This document shows, in pieces, positions 15,325-23,178 of a DNA stretch of 33,478 bases (its first letter is position 1; each line of letters opens with the position of its first letter). The translations under genes were made by a program, and so were the position numbers. Under the pieces are notes generated by a model, which was not told where the DNA came from, made no database searches, and worked only from the letters and a program-made list of their open reading frames with translations. The stretch covers positions 1 through 33,478 of the forward strand of contig CAZGYO010000001.1 of assembly GCA_964530455.1 (NCBI GenBank), in the 5' to 3' direction. The stretch is from an uncultured Victivallales bacterium (GTDB lineage: Bacteria > Verrucomicrobiota > Lentisphaeria > Victivallales > CAZGYO01).

Positions 15325-16407
15325 TCATTCGGTCTCCTCTTCAGGATATTGAAGTGCATTGCGTTCCTTCAGCATCCGGTCGAAGTCACTCTCGAAAAGC
15401 CGATCCTGAACAATGCGGTACTTCTCAAATTCGCTTTCGGCGTGTGCTTTGGCGATTTCGGCCGTTACTCTTCCTGCATCCTGAAGGATTTCCCTATCCC
15501 AAAGCTTGAGAAATCCGCTCAGGCGCTGTTCCCAGTCCTCCATAGTCATGGGAATCTTCCGCATGGCCTGCATTTCCGCCATGTCCAGATAGGCCGATAC
15601 AATTCGTTGCATCTGCCCAAGCTCAAACTCAGAGAGGTAATTCTTGGCGATGGTCACATCATATTTATGGATTTTGCCTTTTGGAGCTTCATCCCAACTG
15701 GTCAACCCCATGTTTTCTTTTCTATGATCCGCACGAGCCACAATGACTTCTGCCGCACTATTGCCGTGGATGGCATAGTGCATCTTGTTTTGAACCGCGG
15801 CAAAGAAGCGTTTGGTAGCAGTGGCAGATGGGTCATAGTCCAGAGCCGTGGCATAGATGTCCGTGATTTTCTGATAGAACTTGCGCTCGGAAAGGCGAAT
15901 CTCCCGGATTTTTTCCAATTGACGTTCAAAGAACTCGTCCGTCAGATTGCCACCGTGCTTTAGTCGCTCCACATCCATGGTCCAGCCTTGAATCGTATAG
16001 TCCTTGACGATCTGATTCGCCCATTTGCGGAACTGCACCGCACGTTCGTTTTCGATCTTAAAGCCTACGGCTATAATGGCCTGCAGGTTGTAGTGCTTTG
16101 TGTTGTAGTGCTTGCCGTCGGCGGCAGTTATTCGAAAACTTCGAATAACTGAATCTTCCTCCAACTCACTGTCGGAGAAGACCTTCTTAAGGTGGTAGTT
16201 GATGGTGTGCGTTTCCACATCGTAGAGCACCCCCATCATCTTCTGAGTCAGCCAGATATTTTCGTCCTCGTAGCGCATTTCCACGCTGGTTTGTGATCCG
16301 CCACCTGCCGCAACAAACGTCAGGTATTCGGCCGCCGAGGAGCGAATGAGAGACATCTCATTTTCCCCGTCCTTCCGTCGTTCTCTGTTTCTATCGTTTT
16401 TCATCAT
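15325..16407 (-). CDS. RhuM-family (virulence protein RhuM / COG3943-like) protein
   Basis: Characteristic N-terminal segment VEMRYEDENIWLTQKMMGVLYDV...INYHLKKVF...YNLQAIIAVGFKIENERAVQFRKWANQIVKDYTIQGW. 360 aa. The start could be the internal ATG at 16356. Confidence 0.85.
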   Translation of the reverse strand: MMKNDRNRERRKDGENEMSLIRSSAAEYLTFVAAGGGSQTSVEMRYEDENIWLTQKMMGVLYDVETHTINYHLKKVFSDSELEEDSVIRSFRITAADGKHYNTKHYNLQAIIAVGFKIENERAVQFRKWANQIVKDYTIQGWTMDVERLKHGGNLTDEFFERQLEKIREIRLSERKFYQKITDIYATALDYDPSATATKRFFAAVQNKMHYAIHGNSAAEVIVARADHRKENMGLTSWDEAPKGKIHKYDVTIAKNYLSEFELGQMQRIVSAYLDMAEMQAMRKIPMTMEDWEQRLSGFLKLWDREILQDAGRVTAEIAKAHAESEFEKYRIVQDRLFESDFDRMLKERNALQYPEEETE

Positions 16408-16523
16408 CCAGTTCCATCAGCTTTTGTTTGCGGTCGCAGTTCAGTTTATACTTCTTCATGTTCATTCGTGATTTCCCTCGAGCCATTCGTTGAGTACCCA
16501 TCGTTTGTCTAATCGTTCAGTCA

Positions 16524-17969
16524 TCAGTCCAGCACCTCCCAGTGGCCGCCTTTGCGTGGGCCGACATGGCGCAGCTTGCCTTCCTTCGACAGCTTTGAAA
16601 CGGACATTTCCACGGCACGCACCGTCCGGTCGACGGCACGGGCAACTTCCTTCAGCGTCATCTCCGGATTCCTCCGCAACAGGCCGATGATTTCTACCGA
16701 AGTTTTCCCCGACGCATCCTGCTTTTCTACCGAAGTTTCTACCGAAGTTTCTACCGAAGTTTTCTCCGACGTTTTCTCCCCGAGCTCGCCAGCTTGGGGG
16801 ATGCTGATTATCATACGGAAGACATCCCCCTCGACAAGTTGCGGATCGGTACCGCCGTATTTCTTGCCGTATTTCATCATGTTGCGCATGCCGGAGCCGA
16901 GTTCGTCGGCCCGGTCGATTTCCCGGAAAAAGGCACCGATCACCGGGTTTTTGGGATAGGGAGCGAAGGTGTCGGGATCAAGTGCGCCAAAGCCATGAGG
17001 CCGGTTGGCATTGTCGGTTGTCACCTTCCCGTGTTCAATGACAAGCCGGGCGGGAACGCCGCTGGCATATTCCCGATGGATTATCAGATTGGATGCCACT
17101 TCCCGGAAGATAGCATCCCGCAGGCTTCGGCGCTCATCGCCTTCCAGGTAGAACGGATCGGGGAGATGCTTCCGGATAAAGGCCATGATCCGGTTGTAAG
17201 TGTCAATCAGGTTGGTGCGCACCAGGTCACGGTCATCGTAGCGGTCCACATTCACCTTGCGCAAGATCAGATCCGTCCTGTGGGCCGGACAGACCTGTAG
17301 GATCTGGGAATCAGTACCCAGCAGCATGACTCCGGCCAGCGTGATGCCGAGGCTGCGGTTTTCCGGATGCGGCTGGTAGAGCTGGGCGCTTTTTACCAGC
17401 GCTTCATCGTCCATGCCGACCCACGGATGACCCGGGTGATTGATGCGCACATGGTTTCGGCAGCGTTCAATCAGGTCGGCCCGAAGATTAGCGGGCTGGA
17501 TATGCACATAAACCGTGTTCTCGCTGTAGGTTGCTTGCTTGCGCTGATAGAGGCGGGCAACCTGCACGGTATTGTCGGTGATGTCCAAGTCCCCGTCCTC
17601 GTTGCGGTCGTAGATGCGCCCGTTGCAGCGATGTACCTGCGAGCTTTCCGGGACATAGATATGCAGGAGTGTTTTTCCTTCTAACACGACTTCATCCACT
17701 GAGAGGTAGGCGGGAGGCTGCAGCTTTTCCGGATTGTTGATGGCCGTTACGAAATCCTTCTTGAGTTGGCCTGCGATCTCGGTGGCGATGCCGGACACTT
17801 TGCCCGAGTCCTCAACGCCCAGAAGTATCGTACCGCCATGCCGGTTGAGAAAGGCGCACACTGTTTCATATACAGATTTCGGCAATTGACCGCGGCACGC
17901 TTTGAACTCGGTCGAGATTCCCTCGCCGTCCGCGATCAGCGTTCTTAATTTGTGTTTATTCGTGTTCAT
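16524..17969 (-). CDS. Schlafen-like AlbA_2 domain + HATPase_c_4 + C-terminal winged-helix protein (COG2865-type, often mislabelled RecG-like helicase)
   Basis: N-terminus EGISTEFKAC...FLNRHGGTILLGVEDSGKV (AlbA_2). Middle NLIIHREYASG...ELGSGMRNMMKY (HATPase_c_4-like). C-terminus IIGLLRRNPEMTLKEVARAV...LSKEGKLRHVGPRKGGHWEV (wHTH). Confidence 0.85.
   Translation of the reverse strand: MNTNKHKLRTLIADGEGISTEFKACRGQLPKSVYETVCAFLNRHGGTILLGVEDSGKVSGIATEIAGQLKKDFVTAINNPEKLQPPAYLSVDEVVLEGKTLLHIYVPESSQVHRCNGRIYDRNEDGDLDITDNTVQVARLYQRKQATYSENTVYVHIQPANLRADLIERCRNHVRINHPGHPWVGMDDEALVKSAQLYQPHPENRSLGITLAGVMLLGTDSQILQVCPAHRTDLILRKVNVDRYDDRDLVRTNLIDTYNRIMAFIRKHLPDPFYLEGDERRSLRDAIFREVASNLIIHREYASGVPARLVIEHGKVTTDNANRPHGFGALDPDTFAPYPKNPVIGAFFREIDRADELGSGMRNMMKYGKKYGGTDPQLVEGDVFRMIISIPQAGELGEKTSEKTSVETSVETSVEKQDASGKTSVEIIGLLRRNPEMTLKEVARAVDRTVRAVEMSVSKLSKEGKLRHVGPRKGGHWEVLD
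16725..16779. repeat. In-frame 12-nt tandem repeat (ttctaccgaagt x3 perfect plus 2 degenerate) in the AlbA_2 protein linker
   Basis: Perfect units at 16725-16736, 16737-16748 and 16749-16760, degenerate units to about 16779, and an extra isolated unit at 16692-16703. Encodes EKTSEKTSVETSVETSVE. Confidence 0.9.
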
Positions 17970-17978
17970 TCGCGGTTC

Positions 17979-18113
17979 CTATCTTTTCAACGCTTCGCGG
18001 ATGGTGCGGACGACGTCGACGCTGTCGAGGGTTTCGATGTGATTGCGCACGGGATGATTCGGGTCGTACAGCCGATCGAACTCGCGCTGGATGTATTGGC
18101 GTCCGGGTGACAT
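17979..18113 (-). CDS. Hypothetical 44-aa ORF coupled to the upstream YhcG gene
   Basis: The ATG at 18113 lies 1 nt after the YhcG-1 TGA (18115-18117), and the ORF ends 9 nt before the AlbA_2 ATG. Sequence MSPGRQYIQREFDRLYDPNHPVRNHIETLDSVDVVRTIREALKR. No family recognised. Confidence 0.3.
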   Translation of the reverse strand: MSPGRQYIQREFDRLYDPNHPVRNHIETLDSVDVVRTIREALKR

Positions 18114-18114
18114 G

Positions 18115-19158
18115 TCAGTCTTCCTCCCCGCTTTCGAGCATTTTCCGTTCAGCGAGTCGTTCGCGTACTTCAATGAGAGCGTTATGCAGTTTTTCCTCAA
18201 GAAGTTTCTTGGGCGGCAGGTCGGTCCAATATTCGGCGACCATGATGTTGTCTTTCCGCATATTGAGCAGTTCCACCTGTTCGGTGCCGGCTTCCGCGCA
18301 CAGGATCAGTCCGATGGGGGCTTCTTCGCCATCCTGCCGCTCGTATTTGTTGAGCCAGTTGAGATAGAGTTCCATCTGTCCTTTGAAGGCTGCTTTGAAA
18401 CGATCGATTTTTAGGTCGACCGCCACCAGCCGTTTGAGTTTGCGGTGAAAGAAGAGCAGGTCGAGATAAAAATCCTCACCATCAATAATCATACGCTTTT
18501 GGCGTTCCACGAAGGCAAAGCCCTTGCCCAGCTCCAGTATAAAAAGCTCCAGTTCCTTTAGCAGGGCACTTTCCAGTTCGTTTTCCAGATAGCCGTCTTT
18601 CAGACCCAGAAAATCGAGAAAATAGGGATCCTTAAAGTTGCCGCCGAGGTGTTCCGCATCCGCAAGAGCCAGTTTGGTATCGGCTATCTCCGATCGTTCA
18701 AACGCTTTGCGCTCGATTTGATGCCTCAACTCACGTTTGCTCCAACGAGATTCACTGGCTGTGCGGGCATAAAAGAGTCGGGCTTCGTCCGATTTCAGGG
18801 GAATCAACGCCAGAAAATGTGACCAACTCAATTGTCGTGCCAGCGGAACGACAATCTGGACATCCGGAAAACACTCCGCAAACTGCATCATGCGCCGTAG
18901 GTTTTTCGCCTCAAAACTTTTGCCATAGAGCACGACCAATTCATTGGCCAGCGACACGACAACCTGTTTGCCGTATTCCGCCCGTTCGCCGTGAAGCACC
19001 TCTTGATTGATTCGCTTGCCCACATGCCAATAGGTGATGGTTACCGCACTGTTGACTGCTGCAACGGCTTGACTGCGTCCCTGCTCAATCAGCGATTTCA
19101 GATCTCGCAGCAGGTTCTTTTGCGGCATTGCGATTTTGGGCGAGTTCATTTTACTCAT
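18115..19158 (-). CDS. YhcG/DUF1016 PD-(D/E)xK nuclease-family protein, paralog 1
   Basis: DUF1016 N-terminal region (AVNSAVTITYWHVGKRI...AEYGKQVV) and a nuclease core (FYLDLLFFHRKLKRLVAVDLKIDRFKAAFKGQMELYLNWL) with D...D-L-K intact. Confidence 0.85.
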   Translation of the reverse strand: MSKMNSPKIAMPQKNLLRDLKSLIEQGRSQAVAAVNSAVTITYWHVGKRINQEVLHGERAEYGKQVVVSLANELVVLYGKSFEAKNLRRMMQFAECFPDVQIVVPLARQLSWSHFLALIPLKSDEARLFYARTASESRWSKRELRHQIERKAFERSEIADTKLALADAEHLGGNFKDPYFLDFLGLKDGYLENELESALLKELELFILELGKGFAFVERQKRMIIDGEDFYLDLLFFHRKLKRLVAVDLKIDRFKAAFKGQMELYLNWLNKYERQDGEEAPIGLILCAEAGTEQVELLNMRKDNIMVAEYWTDLPPKKLLEEKLHNALIEVRERLAERKMLESGEED

Positions 19159-20408
19159 TCCTTACCTCTAATCCGCATACGCTCTTCAAGAGCGGCTTCG
19201 ATAAGGCGGCGTTCACGTTCGATTTCGCGCCGGAGCTGTTCTTCGCTGGGGAGGTTGGGCAGGTATTTGGAGGCGAAGATTTGTTTGCGGTCGTTGAGCA
19301 CGGAGTAGCGAGCGACGGTATCGCATTTTTCGGCGCAGAGAATCAGCCCGATGGTGGGATTGTCGTCGGGGGCGGTGAAGAGACCGTCAAACATGCGGAC
19401 ATAGCCATCCATCTGGCCGACATCACCATGGGTGAGTTTTTCGATTTTCAGGTCGATCAAAAGGTAAAACTTCAGTTTGCAATGGTAGAAAACCAGATCA
19501 ATAAAGCGGTCTTCTTCGTCGACGCGAATATGCTTCTGCCGTGCGACAAAAGCGAAACCGGTGCCCAACTCCAGTAGGAAATGCTGTAGGTGGGTGATGA
19601 TCGCCTGCTCGACATCGGTTTCACGCACATCGGCAAAATTTGGATAGCCGAGAAATTCGAGCACGTAGGGGTTTTTGAGAACTTCGTCAGGAGCGGCTGG
19701 CGTTTTCTGGAGCTGTCGCCCTTCGGCGATCATTTTGTCTGGCTGCTGCGCGTGCAGGGAGCGTTCGTAATATTGGGTGTGTACCTGCCGCTCCAGCGTG
19801 CGCTTGCACCATCCGCCTTCAATGGCTTCGCGTTCATAAAAGTCGCGGGCCAGTTCGTTATCTACACGCATCAAGACGCGGTAGTGTGACCAGGTGAGCT
19901 TCGGGGAAAAGCCCAATTCGTCACCCGTTGGATGATGCTTTTTCAAATCCCACCCCGCTGGGGAGAGCATTTCATTATCCTCAGATTGGCTACCCGCAGA
20001 GAAGCTTTTGTGTAATTTCAAAAGGTCGCCCGACGGGCGACTTTTTCCATTGCGCTGAGATTGGTCGCCAGTTGGGCGACCAATCTCTCTGAACCGATCT
20101 GCATAGACCAGATAGAATGTCCTGAAATACTTTAAACTGGTTATTGAAAATCCTTTACCGTACTTCTCACTCAACCGCGTCGATAAATCCGCAATGACCT
20201 GCTTTCCATATTCCGCCCGATCTTCTCCTCCCTGCAGCTCCTCGACGATTTCACGACCGATAAGCCAGTAGGCCATGACCATATTGCTGTTGACGGCACG
20301 GACGACATTACCGCGCGCCTGCTCAAGAATGGAGACGACACGATCAAAAAGAGCATGATCCTCAATCCTTTGCGGCAGCATGCCGTCATGTGAGGTTTTG
20401 TTTCCCAT
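19155..20408 (-). CDS. YhcG/DUF1016 PD-(D/E)xK nuclease-family protein, paralog 2 (with an insertion of about 65 aa)
   Basis: Same architecture (AVNSNMVMAYWLIGREI...AEYGKQVI; FIDLVFYHCKLKFYLLIDLKIEKLTHGDVGQMDGYV). The ATGA overlap at 19155-19158 couples it to paralog 1. ATG at 20408 (TTG at 20411 in the ORF track) shares one nt with the ORF6N-fragment TGA. Confidence 0.85.
   Translation of the reverse strand: MGNKTSHDGMLPQRIEDHALFDRVVSILEQARGNVVRAVNSNMVMAYWLIGREIVEELQGGEDRAEYGKQVIADLSTRLSEKYGKGFSITSLKYFRTFYLVYADRFREIGRPTGDQSQRNGKSRPSGDLLKLHKSFSAGSQSEDNEMLSPAGWDLKKHHPTGDELGFSPKLTWSHYRVLMRVDNELARDFYEREAIEGGWCKRTLERQVHTQYYERSLHAQQPDKMIAEGRQLQKTPAAPDEVLKNPYVLEFLGYPNFADVRETDVEQAIITHLQHFLLELGTGFAFVARQKHIRVDEEDRFIDLVFYHCKLKFYLLIDLKIEKLTHGDVGQMDGYVRMFDGLFTAPDDNPTIGLILCAEKCDTVARYSVLNDRKQIFASKYLPNLPSEEQLRREIERERRLIEAALEERMRIRGKE
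20020..20087. repeat. Two GC-rich perfect hairpins sharing the core GGTCGCC-N5-GGCGAC inside the YhcG-2 coding sequence
   Basis: Hairpin 1, 20020-20046: aaaag-gtcgccc-gac-gggcgac-ttttt. Hairpin 2, 20057-20087: gagattggtcgcc-agttg-ggcgaccaatctc (13-bp perfect stem). The cores are 39 nt apart and in frame. Confidence 0.85.
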
Positions 20409-20734
20409 CAAATATCCTCCACGGATAACGTACCGAGAATGAGGGTTTTCTTTGCCCTACGGATGAGATCGGCAACAAAACGGTAAGCGTCATAAACCTG
20501 TCCATTAAAAAAAATGCCTTGCTTCGCTGGCTCTCCTGCCTCCAATGCCTGAAATACTTTTTCAAAGTTTTGTCCGGTTTCGGACTCAAAAGCTATTTGT
20601 CGTCGCTCCACCGAACCCAACCGGGCAAAAATATTGGCGTTATGCTGAATGAATTTTCTCATCTCAACGAAGGCACGCATTATTTGTGAATGATTCCGGC
20701 GGTCGCTGTTTGGCTCTGTCAGTTTATTCTCCAT
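20408..20734 (-). pseudogene. Fragment (middle portion) of an ORF6N-domain-family protein, truncated at both ends
   Basis: MRAFVEMRKFIQHNANIFARL...FEKVFQALE...KQGIFFNGQVYDAYRFVADLIRRAKKTLIL matches, from memory, the region downstream of the ORF6N/KilA-N-like domain in proteins of about 330 aa. The N-terminal domain and the C-terminal ~150 aa (expected to continue ...IDNY...) are absent. Confidence 0.5.
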
Positions 20735-20959
20735 GCCTTATATCCTAAAATCTACTGGCCCTGGTTCCTTTTATGTACATATTCAATGAACCACGACGGG
20801 GGCGGGGCTGAGACACTCGAAGACTGATTGACCCCGATCGAACGGGGTTTGCTGAATATGTACCATTTTATCAATCGCCAAAAACATAACATCTGATATG
20901 ACTTTTGCAAGAGGTACGGGAAGAGCTTTCCGGAACGCTAATGGTTAGTATACCGGACA

Positions 20960-22486
20960 CTATCGCTGTATTTTCAACCACCACTTCAGGAGTTTGGCGA
21001 GAGTCGGTGTAAGCCGGGTTTTCTTGTATAAACCGGCTACTCTCTTTATGGCTTCGGCCTGCGTCGGATAAGGATGAATGACGTTCCCCATTTTTGCCAG
21101 TCCGGTTCCCGTTACCATTGCTGTGGTGATTTCGCTGATCATTTCTCCGGCATGTGCGGAGACAATTGTCGCGCCGAGAATTTTATCCGAGCCCTTTTTT
21201 ACCATTACCTTGACAAAACCATTGCCTTCGCCGTCAGCCAATGCCCTGTCGTTTTCCGACATATCAAATTTGAAAAATTCGACATCCAGCCCTTTTTCGT
21301 CAGCTTCTTGTTTATACATGCCTACGTGAGCGATTTCAGGGTCGGTATATGTGCACCACGACATCACGAGTGAACTGAGTTTTTTGCGTCCTTTGAACAA
21401 CGCATTCTGGATTACGATCTGTGCCGCGGCATCGGCGGCATGGGTGAATTTCCACGCCATACAGCAATCTCCGGCTGCATAAATCCGCTTGTTACTCGTG
21501 CGAAGATTGTCGTTCACTATAACTCCCTTGCGTTGGTCATAATCGACTCCGGCAGTATCCAGTCCGATGTTCTCAACGTTCGGAACGCGTCCGGCGCCGA
21601 TCAGTATTTCATCTGCCTCGATAGCGTGATTTTCTCCATTGACTTCGATGAATACTTTTTTTCTTCCCGACCCGATACATTCAACTTTCAACGTCTTTGC
21701 GTGTAAAAACACACGAATGCCTTCCTTCTGAAAAACATCCGCCAGTATATTTGATGCCTCCGCATCCTCATGGGGTAGAAAACGTCTTTTTTGAATAATT
21801 GTGACTTCGGATCCCAGGCGGTGGAAAGCCTGAGCTAATTCGCAGCCGATAGGCCCGCCACCGACAACCACCAGGTGTTCCGGCAGACTGGTCAGGTTAA
21901 ATACTGTTTCATTGGTCAGGAAACCCGCATCTTCAAGTCCCGGAATATCAGGTTTAAGTGCCCGTGCGCCCGTAGCGATTACAGCTTTGCGGAAACGCAA
22001 AGTTTTCCCGTCAACTTCGACCGTGTTACGGCTCTTGAAAACACCCTTTCCGAGAAAAACATCCACTCCGAGTTCAGAATAGCGCTTGACTGAGTCATTC
22101 TTGCTGATTTCCGCCCTTATGCGCCTTAATCGCTCCATCACTTTCGGAAAATCTTCTTTGCGAACTTCGCAGCCGCTCAGCCCGAAATCGGCCGCATTAC
22201 GCATTTCCGCCGCGAGCCGTGCGGGACGAATCAGGCTTTTTGATGGCACGCAGCCGACGTTTAGGCAGTCTCCTCCCATCAGATTCTCTTCGATCAGGGC
22301 GACTTTTCCCCCAAGTGAAGCGGTGGCTATAGCGGAAATCAATCCTGCGGTACCGGCACCCACAGCCACCATGTTGTACATCGGTTCAGGATCAGGATTC
22401 CGCCAATTTTCCGGATGCACATTTTCCAGAAGTTCACGGTTGTACTTATCATCAGGACTTAATTCAAGTTGCCGTTCACTCATCAT
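20960..22486 (-). CDS. MerA-like class I pyridine nucleotide-disulfide oxidoreductase (FAD)
   Basis: GAGTAGL FAD fold, redox-active GGDCLNVGCVPSK, second Rossmann VVVGGGPIGCE, and the C-terminal HPYPTQAE dimerisation/active-site His-Glu. No NmerA domain or C-terminal CC pair, so not a bona fide mercuric reductase. Confidence 0.85.
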   Translation of the reverse strand: MMSERQLELSPDDKYNRELLENVHPENWRNPDPEPMYNMVAVGAGTAGLISAIATASLGGKVALIEENLMGGDCLNVGCVPSKSLIRPARLAAEMRNAADFGLSGCEVRKEDFPKVMERLRRIRAEISKNDSVKRYSELGVDVFLGKGVFKSRNTVEVDGKTLRFRKAVIATGARALKPDIPGLEDAGFLTNETVFNLTSLPEHLVVVGGGPIGCELAQAFHRLGSEVTIIQKRRFLPHEDAEASNILADVFQKEGIRVFLHAKTLKVECIGSGRKKVFIEVNGENHAIEADEILIGAGRVPNVENIGLDTAGVDYDQRKGVIVNDNLRTSNKRIYAAGDCCMAWKFTHAADAAAQIVIQNALFKGRKKLSSLVMSWCTYTDPEIAHVGMYKQEADEKGLDVEFFKFDMSENDRALADGEGNGFVKVMVKKGSDKILGATIVSAHAGEMISEITTAMVTGTGLAKMGNVIHPYPTQAEAIKRVAGLYKKTRLTPTLAKLLKWWLKIQR

Positions 22487-23178
22487 TGCTCCTTATCATT
22501 TTCAGATTGATCATGTTCATCATTAAGTTTACTTCGGGCTTTTTTGACAATTACCGTAAGGATCAAGATAATCAAAGCAACTATTCCTACCAGTGTCCAG
22601 GGAATTCGACCTTCTTCTATGGCGGTAGTGATGGCATCTGTTCCTACCACGTACAGAATTGTTCCCGGAAGCATGCACAGGAAAGACCAGCCGACATAGG
22701 TGCGGAACGGAACCCCGGTAAGGCCGAAGCCGTAATTGAGCAGATTAAAAGGAAAGAGAGGGACAAGGCGGGTTATAGCCACGATTATTGCGCCATGCTT
22801 TTTTGTCAAATCATCAAGTTTTTTAAATTTTCCCCTTTTGCGCATATAAGCCGAAAGTGACTCTCTTGCAAAATATCGTGAGATAAGAAAGCATAGCGCA
22901 GCGCCTGTAGTCGCCCCGAAGATAACTGTAATTGTTCCTATGACAGATCCGAAAAGCGCTCCCGCGGCGATGGTCAGGGCGGAACCCGGGATTGCCAGCA
23001 CGGTTGCCAGGGCATATATCCCGGCAAAGATAAATGGGCCCCAGACTCCCTGTTTGCCGATCCATTCCTTCAGTTCTCCCAACCGTTCACCAAGTCCGAA
23101 AGTGCGGGAAAGAACGATCAGTGCAATCACTGCGGTTAACAGTACCAGCGGTTTAATCCATTTTTTCATCTTGTTCAT
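22483..23178 (-). CDS. TVP38/TMEM64 (DedA/SNARE-associated) family membrane protein
   Basis: 231 aa with AGALFGSVIGTITVIFGATTGAALCFLISRYFARE and RLVPLFPFNLLNYGFGLT motifs. 4-nt overlaps on both sides. Confidence 0.85.
   Translation of the reverse strand: MNKMKKWIKPLVLLTAVIALIVLSRTFGLGERLGELKEWIGKQGVWGPFIFAGIYALATVLAIPGSALTIAAGALFGSVIGTITVIFGATTGAALCFLISRYFARESLSAYMRKRGKFKKLDDLTKKHGAIIVAITRLVPLFPFNLLNYGFGLTGVPFRTYVGWSFLCMLPGTILYVVGTDAITTAIEEGRIPWTLVGIVALIILILTVIVKKARSKLNDEHDQSENDKEQ

Noticed and set aside
20800-20860. Searched the right edge of the accessory block for a direct or inverted copy of the tRNA-Gln 19-mer (candidate gacactcgaagactgattgac) and noted the hairpin accccg-atcgaa-cggggt.
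   Set aside because: Only about 12 of 19 positions can be aligned, and that needs a gap. The hairpin has no U-tract. The right boundary of the island therefore remains undefined.
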